This document shows positions 38,767-52,827 of a stretch of 64,000 bases of DNA, piece after piece. This stretch comes from Lingula anatina (taxonomy: Eukaryota > Animalia > Brachiopoda): the NCBI GenBank assembly GCA_051362555.1, contig CM120645.1, positions 10,230,001 to 10,294,000 on the forward strand, read 5' to 3'. Every line of letters begins with the position of its first letter. The stretch's first letter is position 1. The position numbers were made by a program, and so were the translations under genes. Below the pieces are notes generated by a model, which was given only the letters and a program-made list of their open reading frames with translations, ran no database searches and was not told the origin of the DNA.

Positions 38767-40903
38767 GCACGCACACACACACACACACACACGTCCAGAC
38801 ACACATACGAAAGAGGGTTAACCTTATGCATGTTTATAGTTTACTGCAGGGATACAAATACACTATCAATATAATGAATAATAGTTTCAGATATGACTAT
38901 TTTTTAACGCTTAGCCATTACCTCTATATACCGTCTAATCGTGTTAAAACAAATGTGCTCGTCACTGTTCTTAGTTCAGACTGACTCAGCCATTGCTGTA
39001 GTAGACAAAACAGTCATCAGCTACAACGCGTCTCACCTAGCGCATTCCCCCATCACATCAACTTACTAGCAAATCTCATCAGCGCTGTCCGAGTTCCTGG
39101 CCCTGTCTGCGCTGTCTACTGCGCTTGGAGGCAGAAAAGCTTGTTCCAGGTGATCTGTGTAGCAGCTGGCGACGGCCGTGGTCCTACTGCTCTCAGTAAA
39201 ACAAGCTAGGTTGTCCTGGTAATCTGAAGAGGGTTAACGCACGGAAATTACTATATTTGTACATGAACAGAAATTGTTATTGATGTTGTTATTTTTTTAT
39301 TCAGGTCGTTCTGATAAAATAAAGGCAGTTATGTTCAGTTCACAGCAACACCAGCATGCCTACAAATTCCGTTCTTACGACAGGTTGGTTATTGTGATCT
39401 GGCATTGTACAAAGCTATGTGATAGTGACCAAGGCTTGTAACAGTGTCTATCAAAACTAGTACATTGGTGAAATTCGCAAGAAGTACCCGTCAGAAACCT
39501 TTTCATCAACTCATTAAAATTTGGTACAGATGCTTCAATAAATCTTACAACCTATGCTCCAAAAAAGTGTAGATTATTTCAGCAGATTTTACAAGGGCGG
39601 TTAAGGACCCAGACAGTTTAAAATATTTCCTAAAAACATATCTCCTAGCGGATTTTCATGTGAAGTCGAGACACTTACTCTTCTTGCCAGCGTCACTGCA
39701 CAGGTAGGCTGCGTTAGCGCTCTCAGCCTCCAGTGTGATGGCGGTCTCGTTACATCCCAGGTTACTCTTTAACTGGGTCGTGCATGTCTTCAACTCTGTT
39801 AATTTCCTGTTGAACAGAAAATAACCAGAAGTGTTACTAACATATCTCGTGAAATACAGGTTACATGTACATGTATTTGTGATAAGGCAGATCGTGTATT
39901 CGTGCAATTAAGATGTTCTTTTAACCTGATTGAAAACTTTTGCTGAATTTTAATCTGATAATCACATATAAAATGACTAAGCGGTTCAAGCTTGTGCTAT
40001 TTTTTGTTGGCTTTTCAAACCTCGAATGGTGACGGTGATTTATTAAGTGGTTATTTATGTTACATGCGTGTTTGAGAGATGAGAAAAAGAGGGATCATAT
40101 TTACCATGATTACTTACAGGCAAAAGTCCCGGAGCTGCGTGTTATTGAAAGTAGGCCAGTTGAACCACAGGTCCATGGTGGAAAGCATCTGGCTACATCT
40201 GTCTTTCTGCTGATAACAAAAATCGCCCCCTGGATCGACGCCCTGAGACCGCTGCACCGGCCCTGGAGAGACAACGAGAGAGAATAACATTTGGTTAAAA
40301 TATCCTGATCCACATTTGCTGGCTTAGGATTGATAAAACGCACAGTTCGCATTCATGCCTATTGTACTGTATGCATTCTTTTAGATGAATGTATTCAATT
40401 ACCTCTATAATATTACAGAACTTGCGTAATTTTTTAGTTTTCTCCATCTGCACCCACTGATGAGAAAAATGCACTTAATTTTCTTCAGACAATTCTTTGA
40501 ATTGTTTATAGAGTTGACGGTTGTTGAATAATGTAGCTATATAGTGAAACAATACACATCTTGAACAAATATGGATTTATTCGCAGCGTTTACTTTTTTT
40601 CTTTCTTTAAAGCTAGGTACATAATAGTAGGTAATTAATAAGGTGTACATGCACTTGCACATCCTATCTAACCACTATAACAGTTTCTGCCCCCCCCCCC
40701 CAAAAAAAAGAAAAAAAATGGCTTTGGGGTAACACTGACATTTGAAAATCATTCGTAAATATCGATGAGAGTTTAAATTTACTGAACGACCTGTAGTTCT
40801 AATAGCAGTACGTTTTAATTTATTGAAGCGCATCTCTGAACTTATCCCATCAAAAACACTTACCGGCAAATAAAACAACCGCAACGAAAAACAGTATCTT
40901 CAT
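38289..40903 (-). CDS. Cysteine-rich, likely GPI-anchored surface protein (DUF19-like helical repeat), 250 aa
   Basis: Exons 40864-40903, 40118-40262, 39679-39806, 39067-39223 and 38289-38571 are GT-AG and total 753 nt. Signal peptide MKILFFVAVVLFAG, spaced Cys, a Ser/Thr stalk and a hydrophobic C-terminus. TATA-like TATAAA on the minus strand near 40984-40989. Family assignment is by Cys spacing only. Confidence 0.75.
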
Positions 40904-42527
40904 GGTTCCTGTTGTCGAACGAGTGGACGTAATGAACAAGACAGAGAGATGTAATGTATGTTAATCAGTGCTGCTGTCATGGCTTTATATACACACACAG
41001 ACGCTCACTCACTCTTTATCTCACACACACAGCAACGAGTGCAGCGGGGCCGGAAGTAAGAAACGTGAGTCAATGACCCTGCAAATATTTCGTCACAGGT
41101 TATTATTCAGCATGACCTGGGCCTCCTAAGTACCCAGGTAGGCGTAAAGCGTATCCCCAGTCTCTCTTTTGTTAACGATCTTAGCTTGCGTCAACATAAG
41201 CTGCGGTGAATGCGGTAAGCGGTAACGCAACACGGGTCCTTTGACTCATGCTAATATTAGATCTAAAAGATCAAACTTGTTCTCCCCCGTCTCCTTATAT
41301 GGGGCATAGAAATGGAAGAAGGATTGAGACTCGTGGGTTTATTTGCTGTATCATGGTGACTGTAGCCGTCCACAGCAAAGACATGAACTTGCAGTGACAA
41401 GAGATGACTGTGATAAAAAATCTGTAATGATAGTTTGAGTACAATAAAATACCCTAATTTATTTATTAGTAATTATTGTTTTATAATGTTACTTCGTTAC
41501 GATAAATCAATCCACGATCCGTTTTATGCACTCATAATGTGCATTGCTGCATGGAGAAATAAAAAGCATGGAAGTCGAGGCGGGTTATAATGGTATATAA
41601 TGGTACATGAGTAGTGGAAGCGAAAATAAACTCCTTCATTGAATTTTACTCCCCGATTTTCATAGTTCATAAGAGATCATTGCTAATATTTAAAACTACT
41701 GGCACTATGCCAATCGAGGTAGGTTTGTGATTGAATTATCCTCAACCAAAAAAAAAAAAAAAAAAAAATTGATTGTGCATTTGTTATTAACCTTTATTGA
41801 ATCAAACCCTAAAGACTTCATCTTTTAAAGAAGAAATGATTATTTCACAATTTCGATGTTGAAAATAAAATGATTGAAGATATCTTTCTGAGCTTACTTC
41901 AAATTGAATTTTGTTTCCTCTCATACATGAAATTGCGTCTCTCAATAAACATAGTAATAGATATGATGAAATATCAGACACAAAAAAATTAATTATTAAA
42001 GCACATTCACATCAGGTTAAGTGTCAATCCATTATAAACATATGGAATTGCTCTTAAAAAGTACAATCACATCTTGTTACGGTTTTACATATTTTCATCA
42101 TTTTTAACACAAAATTATAAGAATAGGTGCGTTGAATGTACATGTACTGTACATGTACATCAGGTTAAATTTTGGCCCACTGACATCTAAGCCGCCGAAG
42201 TTAATTGAAATTAAGCGAGAGTACCCTCGGATCCAAAGTTAGAACGATAGGGTCTGGGAATGGTCTCTAAAACTCCTGGTATAAAAATAATGTAAGCATA
42301 TGATAAAGGCAGGTGGCGCGCTTTTGAATAGCCGTGTTGAAATCAGTGTTAAGTTTGCATATTCATATACTGAGGCTAGTCGATATAAATGATAAACATT
42401 GTGTTTCATGCAGCCGCAGATGAAGTACAATTTTACAAGTTTGGTCGTTGCGTCCTTTTTTTTCTGATCAAGGGTAAATATCGATCCGAATGAATAGTGA
42501 CATTGCTAAGACATCAAAACCGTCTAT

Positions 42528-44004
42528 TCATTGTCTAACAACGGTAACATGGATCTGGCGTTCGACAGTGATAGTTGGAGGGGTCCGGTGAGTGGTGCTG
42601 TAATCTGGAGGGGATGAAGTCTCCTCAGATTCCTTCTCACGGCAGCATATGTCATAAATAAAAGAGAAGCAGACGAGGATGGCCAGACCACCCAAGACAA
42701 TGAGGGCGATCGCGGCACCATCGCTGACAACGCCCTGGCATGACTACAAAGATAAAACAAAAATGGGCTTTTGAATATAAGTTACTATAAGTAACTGGCT
42801 CGCGCTGCCAGTAATTACGCCGCGGGATATTCAGGGCACAGACCGTGATCATAAGACATACCGCGAATAGAAAATAGAATTTAGAAAATAGACATTCCAT
42901 GTGAACGAAGCCTAAGGGTGCTTTCTCAGAGATTTAGATCGATCTAAAGATTAAGTTTTAGATCGACCTAACTCTCTGGGGGTTCACGCTAACTTGCAGT
43001 CAGCCGAGCGGGCACCATAGTTAATTAACCCCTTACAGCTTGTAGTAGGCGGGACCGAAATTTAAGCCGGATTATCTGACAGTAATCTAGTGAGACTCCC
43101 CACAGGGATAGGTCGATCTAAAAATCTATGGAAATGGGGTGTAAGTGTGCTATAAACTGCTGAAAGGCGCACAATGTGTGTTATATCTTAGCTTAAAAAA
43201 CCTTGAAATTACGGCGACCCTTACGATAGTGCCGAATAGAATCTATATGGGACTCTATAAGGGCCCATTCAGATTGAGAAGAGCCTAGTGATAGTAACGA
43301 GTGGGGAGGCGTGTGAGAGGCGGAGAGACTATTACAGGATTAAGCGGTCTCCCTTTCATGTAGGTCCGGCATATTTAGGTCGCGGCCTTACTAGCATTCG
43401 GCTCTTCTCAATCTGAATGGGCCCTAAGAATCTGGCGGGACTATAAAATTCCTATAAGAGTCTATAAGAACTACATATGATGTCCTGATTTTTCTTATCT
43501 CGGGCAATTTCCAATAAAAACTTATAGAACTTTTGGTCAATTTCCTGTAGGGCGTCCTACAGTGAAGTTTTGTTTTGAAACTTTCCAAGGTACAGTAGAC
43601 TGCAGTGAAAATAGATAGATGAAGTCCTTGCCATAACAAAATGCATAGTATCTATTAACGTGAATTGTATGCAGATTTAAAGGAGTGAAGTTACTATGGA
43701 AAACATCCCGTTACCGTTTGCTTAGTTTGGGCAATCTGAATCGGAAGACCTAAATGTTGAATTTCAGTGCGTGTTACTGCTCAGATTTATTGACAAAACT
43801 GTTAAGTTGTTGTTCTTTTAGTCATCAAACTTTGATTTTTGAGAAGTAATATTATGGTGGTAATCAACACCGTTCACGTACCTTGTTCCTCAGTCGATCC
43901 TCGGCGTGCAGACACTCTGTTCCGAATCCCACACCACAGGCTGCTACAACCACGAATGCCAAGATTATACACCAGTTTGCAAATGAATCGTCCGTTTCGA
44001 CCAT
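42528..44004 (-). CDS. Small 2-TM Cys-rich protein, array copy 1 (112 aa, PPDY motif)
   Basis: Exons 43882-44004 and 42528-42743, phase-0 GT-AG: MVETDDSFANWCIILAFVVVAACGVGFGTECLHAEDRLRNK|SCQGVVSDGAAIALIVLGGLAILVCFSFIYDICCREKESEETSSPPDY... Confidence 0.75.
43261..43424. mobile_element. PIF/Harbinger (Tourist-like) MITE in the intron of array copy 1
   Basis: Perfect 25-bp TIR GGGCCCATTCAGATTGAGAAGAGCC and TAA TSD. Confidence 0.85.
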
Positions 44005-45175
44005 ATTTGAACTATTAAATCACAACTACGAAATGCGGGTTTTATACAAAGAAAATATGGGCCAAGGACAAAATGCAACTCCTTTGAATGTAAAGAGAAA
44101 GTATCGCAGAACTCGGTCGAAAGAGTGACATCACAGTGAGGTAACCGTTAACTCATACAATGAAATCATGGTGGGCTCAGATAGTGACCCGACGGTGACA
44201 CCACAGTGACTTCACAGTGAGCTTTGCATGCAATTTTTTTTATCAACCAACACCCCGTTACCTTCTAAAACTAACTTATCGTTATGCTCCAATAAGTAGT
44301 TTTAGATCACTTGAGCAGGTTTTGCTGATGCCATGTAATGGCAGATTGAAAACATACGGCGGTCTATCACTTAAAATCTGTGGACCAAATGAATGGAACT
44401 TTCCTCCAATATGCTTAAAACTATAGAGTCTGAGGACAATTTAAAATATTATTGATTTATTTCAAATGTTTATAGCTGATTTGGTTGTTTTCTTTGCCCC
44501 TATATAATGTATTGTACATATATATTTAAATATCTTTATATTTCAACTTCTATTTATTTATTTATATGTTTATTTATTGACCTTGGATTTTACCAGACAG
44601 ATGGCTTTAAAAAGTTCTTGGCGTTCAAAACTGCTCGTACATTGACAATAGAAATAGGGATATGATTGGATAACAAAAATACATTGATGGTGCATTTATC
44701 ATTAACCTTTGTTGAACTTAACCATTGTAATTTTATATTTTAAAGAAGAAATAACTACTAGACAATGCCGAAGGTGAACATTGAAGATTGAAAAAAATTC
44801 TTTTTGAGATTAATTTCCTCACAAGAAATGAATCCTGTTGAACAACACGACATTTTGTGCTGATTACACGATGACAAAATTAATGATAATGTGTCACACA
44901 CAGTAAAAAAAATAAAGCACAGTCACATTAAGGAAAGTGTTTACCTATAAAAGTCATCATAAACATGGAATTGCAGTCAAAAAGGGCACCCACATTAAGT
45001 TAAAAGCCTGAACTTTTTACACACCGCATTGTTTTGATGTGGTGTCATTTACTAGTATATCTAGCAATATAACAAGTTTGGTTGTTGCCTTCTTTTTTCT
45101 GCTCAAAGAAAAATATCCGCACTCGATCCGACGTACAATGGCATTAGTCGATCCGACGTACAATAGCAAAACCTT

Positions 45176-46959
45176 CTATACGTTGTTTGTATTCCTAACA
45201 CCTATTTTTTCAATGGCGACGTGTCTAATTACGTAGATCTGACCTACAACGGCGTGAGTTGGTGGGTCCTCTGCCCGGGATGAAGTCTCCTGGGAGTCTT
45301 CAGCTTTGAAGTGGTATGCCCAACAGAATAAACCCCACAAAGGAATGGTGGCCAGTCCACCGAAGACAACGAGGGCGATCGCGGCACCATCGCTGACAAC
45401 ACCCTGACACACCTACAAAAATAACACAAAAATCAGGCCTTCCCAACTACCAGACTCGGCACCTACGGGTCCAGTATAAACCGGTTTATCAGACCACACT
45501 ACCCGTTTTCAAGGTGTGTGTCAGATCGCATTACAGAGTATCAGCCACCACACCGATTTTGCCTGGTGCGCGATGTGATAGCAATGATCCTAAGCGGGGT
45601 TGGAAAGTAGTGCATCTCATCTAGATTCATGCGCTGCTGCAATTTTCTGTTTATGCTAAAATCTGACAGTACCGCAATTTTTAACATAAAATTTAGGTTC
45701 GGACATAGCCAATGATGTTTTGTAAATAAGAACTTGCAAACTTATATATTAATTTAGAAAAGTAGACCTAATTTTGATAGCGGAAGCATATTCTGTCGGG
45801 GGTTAAATATTTTCATGACTACCGGGATGGACGAGATTGAGGGCAGGGGTAATCCTAGAGAGGGGTGAGAAACGTCCATTGTTCTCGTCAGCGAGGCTGT
45901 CCTTTTTCAGGGTTTGTACGCACGGACAGAAAACTTAAGTATTGTGGGAACGTTATTAATGAAGCCACTGGTAGTACTAGTAGATATCAGCCTGTAGTCT
46001 TGAACAAGCGCCTCGATGACGAGTGAACAGTTGTCAAAAACAAAAGACCGAGGTGTGGTAGTTCAACTACTGTTCATGCGTGCCGCAACGACCAAACCTA
46101 ATTGCTCCTCAAGGTCACAAAACAATAACCGGTACTGACGGCTAGGCTCGTCTTAATCATATAAGTCGCGCGTTTCCACCCCCTGATTGAGGGAGTCGTC
46201 TGTTGTATTCATACGACTCCTACTTGACGAAAACGAGGCGCGATACCCGGATGACAGGTAGGCTTACAGAATTTGTGATAGGGTATGATACTCTTTTATG
46301 CGATCTGACACACACCTTGAAAACGGGTAGTGTGGTCAGATATATCGGTTTATTCTGGACCCGTAGGTGCCGAGTCTGGTAGTTGGGAAGGCCTGAAAAT
46401 GTTCAAGCGGGCTTTTGAATTGCACTTTTAGAATACAAAATGTGCGTTATATCTTAACAAAAAAATTCAGAATTACGGCAACCCTTGCCTTATAGTACCT
46501 TTGGCAATTTCCTATACGACGTCCTATCGGAAATTTACGTAAGGCAACTTTGCAAGGTGCAGTGGAAATCGATATTTATACTCCTTACCATAATCTACAT
46601 CTTATCGGCCACGTGAATTGTAAGCCGGTTTAATAGAGTAAAATTACCATGGAAAATATCACTTATATCTTTGTTTAGTTTGGGCATTATGAACCGGAGT
46701 ACCTATGTGCTGAATTTTCAGTGAGTATCACTGCTCATTTCTATTACCAAAGGTGTAAACGTGTAGTTTTTGTTCTTCGTCAAACCTTAATTTTTGAGAA
46801 GTAATATTCTGGTGGTGACCAAAACCGTTCACGTACCTTGTTCTCCAGTCGTTTCTCGGCGTTCAGACACTGTGTTCCAAATCCCAGACCGCATGCTGCT
46901 AGAGCTATGATTAACAAGATAATACAACACGCACAACATGAATCTACCCTTCCGGCCAT
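45176..46959 (-). CDS. Small 2-TM Cys-rich protein, array copy 2 (no PPxY)
   Basis: Exons 46837-46959 and 45176-45412: MAGRVDSCCACCIILLIIALAACGLGFGTQCLNAEKRLENK|VCQGVVSDGAAIALVVFGGL... Confidence 0.72.
45434..46395 (+). mobile_element. 962-bp non-autonomous DNA transposon (CAGG...CCTG, ~100-bp TIRs, 5-bp TSD; hAT5-like), copy A
   Basis: TIR CAGGCCTTCCCAACTACCAGACTCGGCACCTACGGGTCCAG and TSD AAAAT. The empty site AAAATGTTCAAGCGGG is visible in paralogous introns. Confidence 0.88.
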
Positions 46960-47203
46960 CTTTGAACTAATCACAACAAAGAAAGTCGATTTTTAAACAA
47001 AGGAAATACCGACCAAGAACAAAACAAAACGCCTTTGAATGGAAAACGAAAGTATCGCAAAACCCAGTCGACGGTGTCACCTCCCAGTCACTGAATGAGT
47101 TATGCAGGCAATTTTTTTTATCAATGAACATCCCCGTACCTACTTAAACTAGTGTGTGACATCATTATGCTCCCAAACGTAGACCACTTGATCAGCTTTT
47201 GTT

Positions 47204-48165
47204 CAGGCCTTCCCAACTACCAGACTCGGCACCTACGGGTCCAGAATAAACCGATATATCTGACCACACTACCCGTTTTCAAGGTGTGTGTCAGATCGCA
47301 TAAAAGAGTATCATACCCTATCACAAATTCTGTAAGCCTACCTGTCATCCGGGTATCGCGCCTCGTTTTCGTCAAGTAGGAGTCGTATGAATACAACAGA
47401 CGACTCCCTCAATCAGGGGGTGGAAACGCGCGACTTATATGATTAAGACGAGCCTAGCCGTCAGTACCGGTTATTGTTTTGTGACCTTGAGGAGCAATTA
47501 GGTTTGGTCGTTGCGGCACGCATGAACAGTAGTTGAACTACCACACCTCGGTCTTTTGTTTTTGACAACTGTTCACTCGTCATCGAGGCGCTTGTTCAAG
47601 ACTACAGGCTGATATCTACTAGTACTACCAGTGGCTTCATTAATAACGTTCCCACAATACTTAAGTTTTCTGTCCGTGCGTACAAACCCTGAAAAAGGAC
47701 AGCCTCGCTGACGAGAACAATGGACGTTTCTCACCCCTCTCTAGGATTACCCCTGCCCTCAATCTCGTCCATCCCGGTAGTCATGAAAATATTTAACCCC
47801 CGACAGAATATGCTTCCGCTATCAAAATTAGGTCTACTTTTCTAAATTAATATATAAGTTTGCAAGTTCTTATTTACAAAACATCATTGGCTATGTCCGA
47901 ACCTAAATTTTATGTTAAAAATTGCGGTACTGTCAGATTTTAGCATAAACAGAAAATTGCAGCAGCGCATGAATCTAGATGAGATGCACTACTTTCCAAC
48001 CCCGCTTAGGATCATTGCTATCACATCGCGCACCAGGCAAAATCGGTGTGGTGGCTGATACTCTGTAATGCGATCTGACACACACCTTGAAAACGGGTAG
48101 TGTGGTCTGATAAACCGGTTTATACTGGACCCGTAGGTGCCGAGTCTGGTAGTTGGGAAGGCCTG
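47204..48165 (-). mobile_element. 962-bp non-autonomous DNA transposon, copy B, inverted relative to copy A
   Basis: Reverse complement of 45434-46395 with no mismatch spotted by eye; TSD TTGTT; the empty site is visible upstream of array copy 1 (~44315-44335). Confidence 0.88.
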
Positions 48166-49387
48166 TTGTTGATGCCATGTGATGCCGGATTGAAAACACA
48201 CGGCGATCAAACTATTCAAGGCTATGGGCTAATGAATGGAACGTTCTTCCAATATACTTAAAAAAATAGTGTCTGAAGACAAATAAAAACAAAAAGAATA
48301 GATATTTTTTTCAAAATATTTAATAGCTGATTTGACTGGCTTTTTTTCTTTACATTGTATTTTACTATCTTAAAGATTTATTAATTAATTAATTTATTTA
48401 TTTATTAATCTTTGTCTGTTCATTTTACCCCCATAAACTTTACTGCAAATTTTATATGGATTTTAGACTATAAATAAATCTAATTACTATTATTATTATT
48501 ATACAATAAGCTCATGATGGGCATAAATTTGAGTTCACGGAGATACCACAGTGACGTCACAGTATGAGGTCACATTGTTAGCTCATGCTGAAGTCTCCCT
48601 TTTTTATTTTATGGAATTTTAAAAGGAATAGTACAAACAAACGCGTTCATTTCATGAAAAGTATTGTAACACGTAACCGATAAAAAACCAACCACAATGG
48701 TGCCTTCATTTCATTCAGTGCTATGTGACAGCAATTCCGTAAGTTTATATCAACATGGGGATATATATACTTTATGAACATAGTTAAACTGTTGGACAAC
48801 TTTTGCCTGATGATTTGAGCAAGTATATATATATATATATTTACTCGTAGAATTCACTTGTGGACAAGTCAGTTTCTTTAAGGTAATATAAATACACATT
48901 ATGATAATTGATTCGTTACAGTATTGTTTACTGAATCTTATTACACAGTGACAATTAATAGAAATCAGGGTGTGTTTGAAAAAAAGTAAACCTTTGTGAC
49001 TTTATATTTAAAAAAAAAATTAACTACAGTATAAGATTATGTCGAAGGTGAAAATTGAAGATCGAAAAAATCTTTCTGAATTTAATTGAATGCAATTCCA
49101 TTTTGTTTCCTTACACAAAACATTAATCCTATCGTACAATATAACAGTTTTTGTTTATTACACGATGACAAAATTAATGATAAAATGACACTTTTGCATA
49201 GTCATGTTGAAATTAAAGCAATGATTGCAAATTCATGTCCAATAGGTACTGTACTGTGGGTCGATGTATCTGATAAATATTTCGTTTCGTTGTGTCGTAA
49301 AAGAATAATAAAACAAAAGTTCAATAAAAATATATATTTGCATTCGGTCTGACGTAAGTAGTGGCATTTTCCCGACTTCTAAACCTT

Positions 49388-50406
49388 TTATTCGTTGTTT
49401 ATATTCCTCACGCCTGGACTATCAATGGTCACGTTGACGTTAACGTTGCGAGTTGGTGACGTCAAATTAGCCGAACTGCCCCAGTGGGTGGCCTCGTAAT
49501 CAGGAGAAGGGCTCTCGGTCCGGGATCTAGTCTGCTTGAAGTTCTCGTTTCTGTTGTGGCAAACGGGGGAACAGCAACAAATGAGGATGGCCAGACCACC
49601 GAAGACAATAAGGGTGATCGCGGCACCATCGCTTACAACGCCCTGGCACGCCTGCAAAAATAACACAAAGGTGTTCAAGCGGGCTTTCGAATATAATTGT
49701 GCTATATCCCAATAATAATGACAAAAAACAGTTTATAAATACATGTACATGTACATAGCAGCCAGAAGCTTGAAGTTGTACATAAATTGGATTAGAATAA
49801 AAATTACAACTTAAAACACATGTATTTACATAAAAATGATATACAAAAGATCAAAATGAGTTTGAAAGCACAGATCTACAAGATCAAAGGGGATATAATA
49901 AAAGATATGCAATAAAGACCAAGATGAATTCCAAAACAGAACATTAAAAGGAGGAGGAGGAAAAATGTCTTTGGTGTGAATTTCGTTTGAGAAACCGAAG
50001 GGAGGGTGTCAGGACCCCCCCATCCCCCACCTGAAGCTGCCAGTGATAAACCCCTTATCATAACATACGGATTTAATTAAAACTACCATGGCAATATATA
50101 CCTTAAATATTTTTTGGTTCAGGCAATCTGAACCGGAAGACGGTGCCTATATGTTAAATTTCAATGAGCATTACAGCTCATATCTACCAATAATGTTGTA
50201 AACATGTAGTTCTTTGATCCGTCGATAGTTACTTTCGGGAAGTAATATTCTGGTGGTAACAAACAGCCTACTAGTACACGTACCTTGTTCTCAAGTCGAT
50301 CCTCGGCCTTCAGACACATTATGCCGAATGTCAGACCACAGACTGCTAGAGCTACGATTCCCAAAAAATAACAGCAAGCACAACATACACCTCTGTTTTC
50401 ACCCAT
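49388..50406 (-). CDS. Small 2-TM Cys-rich protein, array copy 3 (SPDY variant of the motif)
   Basis: Exons 50284-50406 and 49388-49651: MGENRGVCCACCYFLGIVALAVCGLTFGIMCLKAEDRLENK|ACQGVVSDGAAITLIVFGGLAILICCC... Confidence 0.75.
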
Positions 50407-51629
50407 GTTTGATATTGATCTATAATCACAACGACCATAATCGATTTTTATACGAAGGGAAAATGGACCAAGGGCAAAACACAACGCACGTAAATGAAGG
50501 TGAAAGTATCGTAGAAATAGAGTATAAATATAGTTTAATTAGGTGAGTTCACATTGGTCACATGACATGGTATAGATTCTATAGATCTGCTGTGGTGGAC
50601 TTTACCAGACACATGACTAAAAAATGTTACTGACTTTCATAACGACTCGTATAGAGTCACAATAGAAATGGAGGTGTGATTGAATAAAAAACCCACATTG
50701 ATTGCACCCTTGGCTTAACCTTTATTGAACAAAACCATTGCGACTGAATCTTTTAAAGAAGAAATAACTATTAAACAATATCGACGGTGAAAATTAATAA
50801 GATCAAACATCCTTCTGAGCTTATTTCTAATTCCAGTTGGTTTCCTCACATAAGAAATTACTCCTATCCTTCAATACAGCATTCCCCTATTGTAACGTAA
50901 TGACAGATATGGTAAAATATCACAGACAGGTAATAAAAAAGGTGCTTTCGCTTTAGGGTAAACATCACTAGTACAGTATGTCACTTGTACCCATCAATAA
51001 ATTTATTTATCAAAAAAATTGCTGTCAAAAAGTGCATTCACATCTAGTTAAGTTTTTACTTATTCTCATCATTTCAAACACTGAATTACAGGTTTAAATT
51101 TTACCGATTGAAACTTAAGCTGAATTACATGTAAGATGTCAGCTTTTAAGCTTGTGACTTCAACAAATTATGAAAAAAAGCTCATGAAAGCTAGAAATTA
51201 TTTTAAAAATTGCAGAAGCTTATTTAGCAGGAACTTATGTAAAACTCCAAACATTAATTTACACGTATGAATGAATAAAGCAAACGTAACGTCGGTGTGA
51301 ATTAGCAGAAAAAATTTACCCCGTTTCTTTTCTAGTGACGTTTCCAGATATTACAATCATGCTTTCCTAAATTCATTATTTAAATACTAGTACAATGAAA
51401 GTATATTGATAAAGACATGAGAAGCGCTTTTGCGTAGCCGTGTTTAAATCAGTAATAATTGCAAATCCATACGCTATTCCTGGTCGAGGTAAATGATAAT
51501 CATTTAGTTCCTTGCGGCTGTAATTGAATTATAATGTAACACAGTTGTTTCCTTCTTCTCTGTTCAAGGAAAAAATACCCATACTCGAAATAACGTAATA
51601 AGTACCGTGTACATAGATTGTTGAACCTT

Positions 51630-52730
51630 CTATTCGTTGTTGATATTCCTAAGGCTTAGTCTACCAATGGTAACGTGTCTTATAACGTGGATTTGGCGTA
51701 TGACGGTGTGTGTTGGGGAGGTCAAATAAGACGAGCTGCTCCATTGGGTGGCGTTGTAATCAGGAGGTGCGGCCTCTACCGGGGATGACGTCTCTTGGGA
51801 GGTCTCATCTCTGCTCAGGCATGCGTAACAGCAACAACAGCAGCAGAGGAGGGTGGCCAGACCACCGAAGACAATGAGGGTGATCGCAGCAGCGTCGGTG
51901 ACAACACCTTGACACGCCTGAAAAAAAATTAAATAAAAAACATAAAAATGTTCATGCGGGTTTTGAATATGAAAATGCTGTTGCACTGATCAGACACTCA
52001 GTGGGCGTTATACAATATTTAAATTACAAAATCTGTGAAATATGACACAAAATTTCAAAGGTAACTGTGTACAATGAAAAGTCGATAGATATACTCTTTC
52101 TTTGGACATACTTCATCTTACCTGCTCACGTGCATAGTAAATGAGTTTCAAAGAGTGACGATACAATGTAGAAACACCCCGTTAATGTTGGTTTAAGCCC
52201 CTTTTACACTGGAAGGCGTCCTTTCTGCGTCCTGTAATATGGCCCTGTTTGAGAGCAAAAAAATAAAAGCAATAATACTATACGTCCCGACAACTGGCCT
52301 ATCATTGACCATTCATTTCGTTTCACCATTGCTTGTCTTCTTTTTATGACCACGGCGATGCCAGTGTCATGGTCGCACAAAGAACGCAGAAATTCGCCGT
52401 CCAATGTAACGGGGGTTTTAGTTCAGTCGATCTGAACCGAATGGCCCAGATGTTGAAATTCAGTACGTGTTACAGCTAGCTCATTATCTACAGCTGTCTC
52501 AATAAAGTCGCTACAGTTGTAACATGTAGTTTTTTTTACCCGTCGATCGTTCCCGTTTGAGAAGTAGGTCATGTGTATTCTGGTGGTAACCATACTAGTA
52601 CACGTACCTTGTTCTCCAGTCGATCCTCGGCCTTCAGACACAGTATTCCGAACGTCAGACCACAGACTGCTAGAGCTACGATTGACAGCAATACACAACA
52701 TCCACAACACACAGTTCCCTTTTCACCCAT
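51630..52730 (-). CDS. Small 2-TM Cys-rich protein, array copy 4 (CCCCCC cluster, PPDY)
   Basis: Exons 52608-52730 and 51630-51917: MGEKGTVCCGCCVLLSIVALAVCGLTFGILCLKAEDRLENK|ACQGVVTDAAAITLIVFGGLATLLCCCCCCY...VEAAPPDY... Confidence 0.78.
52197..52416. mobile_element. Degenerate Harbinger-like MITE in the intron of array copy 4
   Basis: Imperfect TIRs GCCCCTTTTACACTGG and CCAATGTAACGGGGG with TWA flanks; absent from the paralogous introns. Confidence 0.55.
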
Positions 52731-52815
52731 GTCTGAAACTTATCACAATGAACACAGCCAATTTTGTTTACAAAGGGACATGGGTCAAGGACAAATTTAC
52801 ACAACGCATGTGAAC

Positions 52816-52827
52816 GAAAGCGAAAGT
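52816..52827. promoter_or_regulatory. IRF element (ISRE-like) GAAAGCGAAAGT upstream of array copy 4
   Basis: Matches the IRF-1/2 consensus G(A)AAA(G/C)(T/C)GAAA(G/C)(T/C); related motifs occur at the same position in all eight copies. Confidence 0.55.

Noticed and set aside
45434-48165. Single large element with ~1-kb TIRs that captured an exon
   Set aside because: Each arm has its own TIRs and its own TSD, and the enclosed DNA is collinear with the paralogues, so these are two separate insertions.
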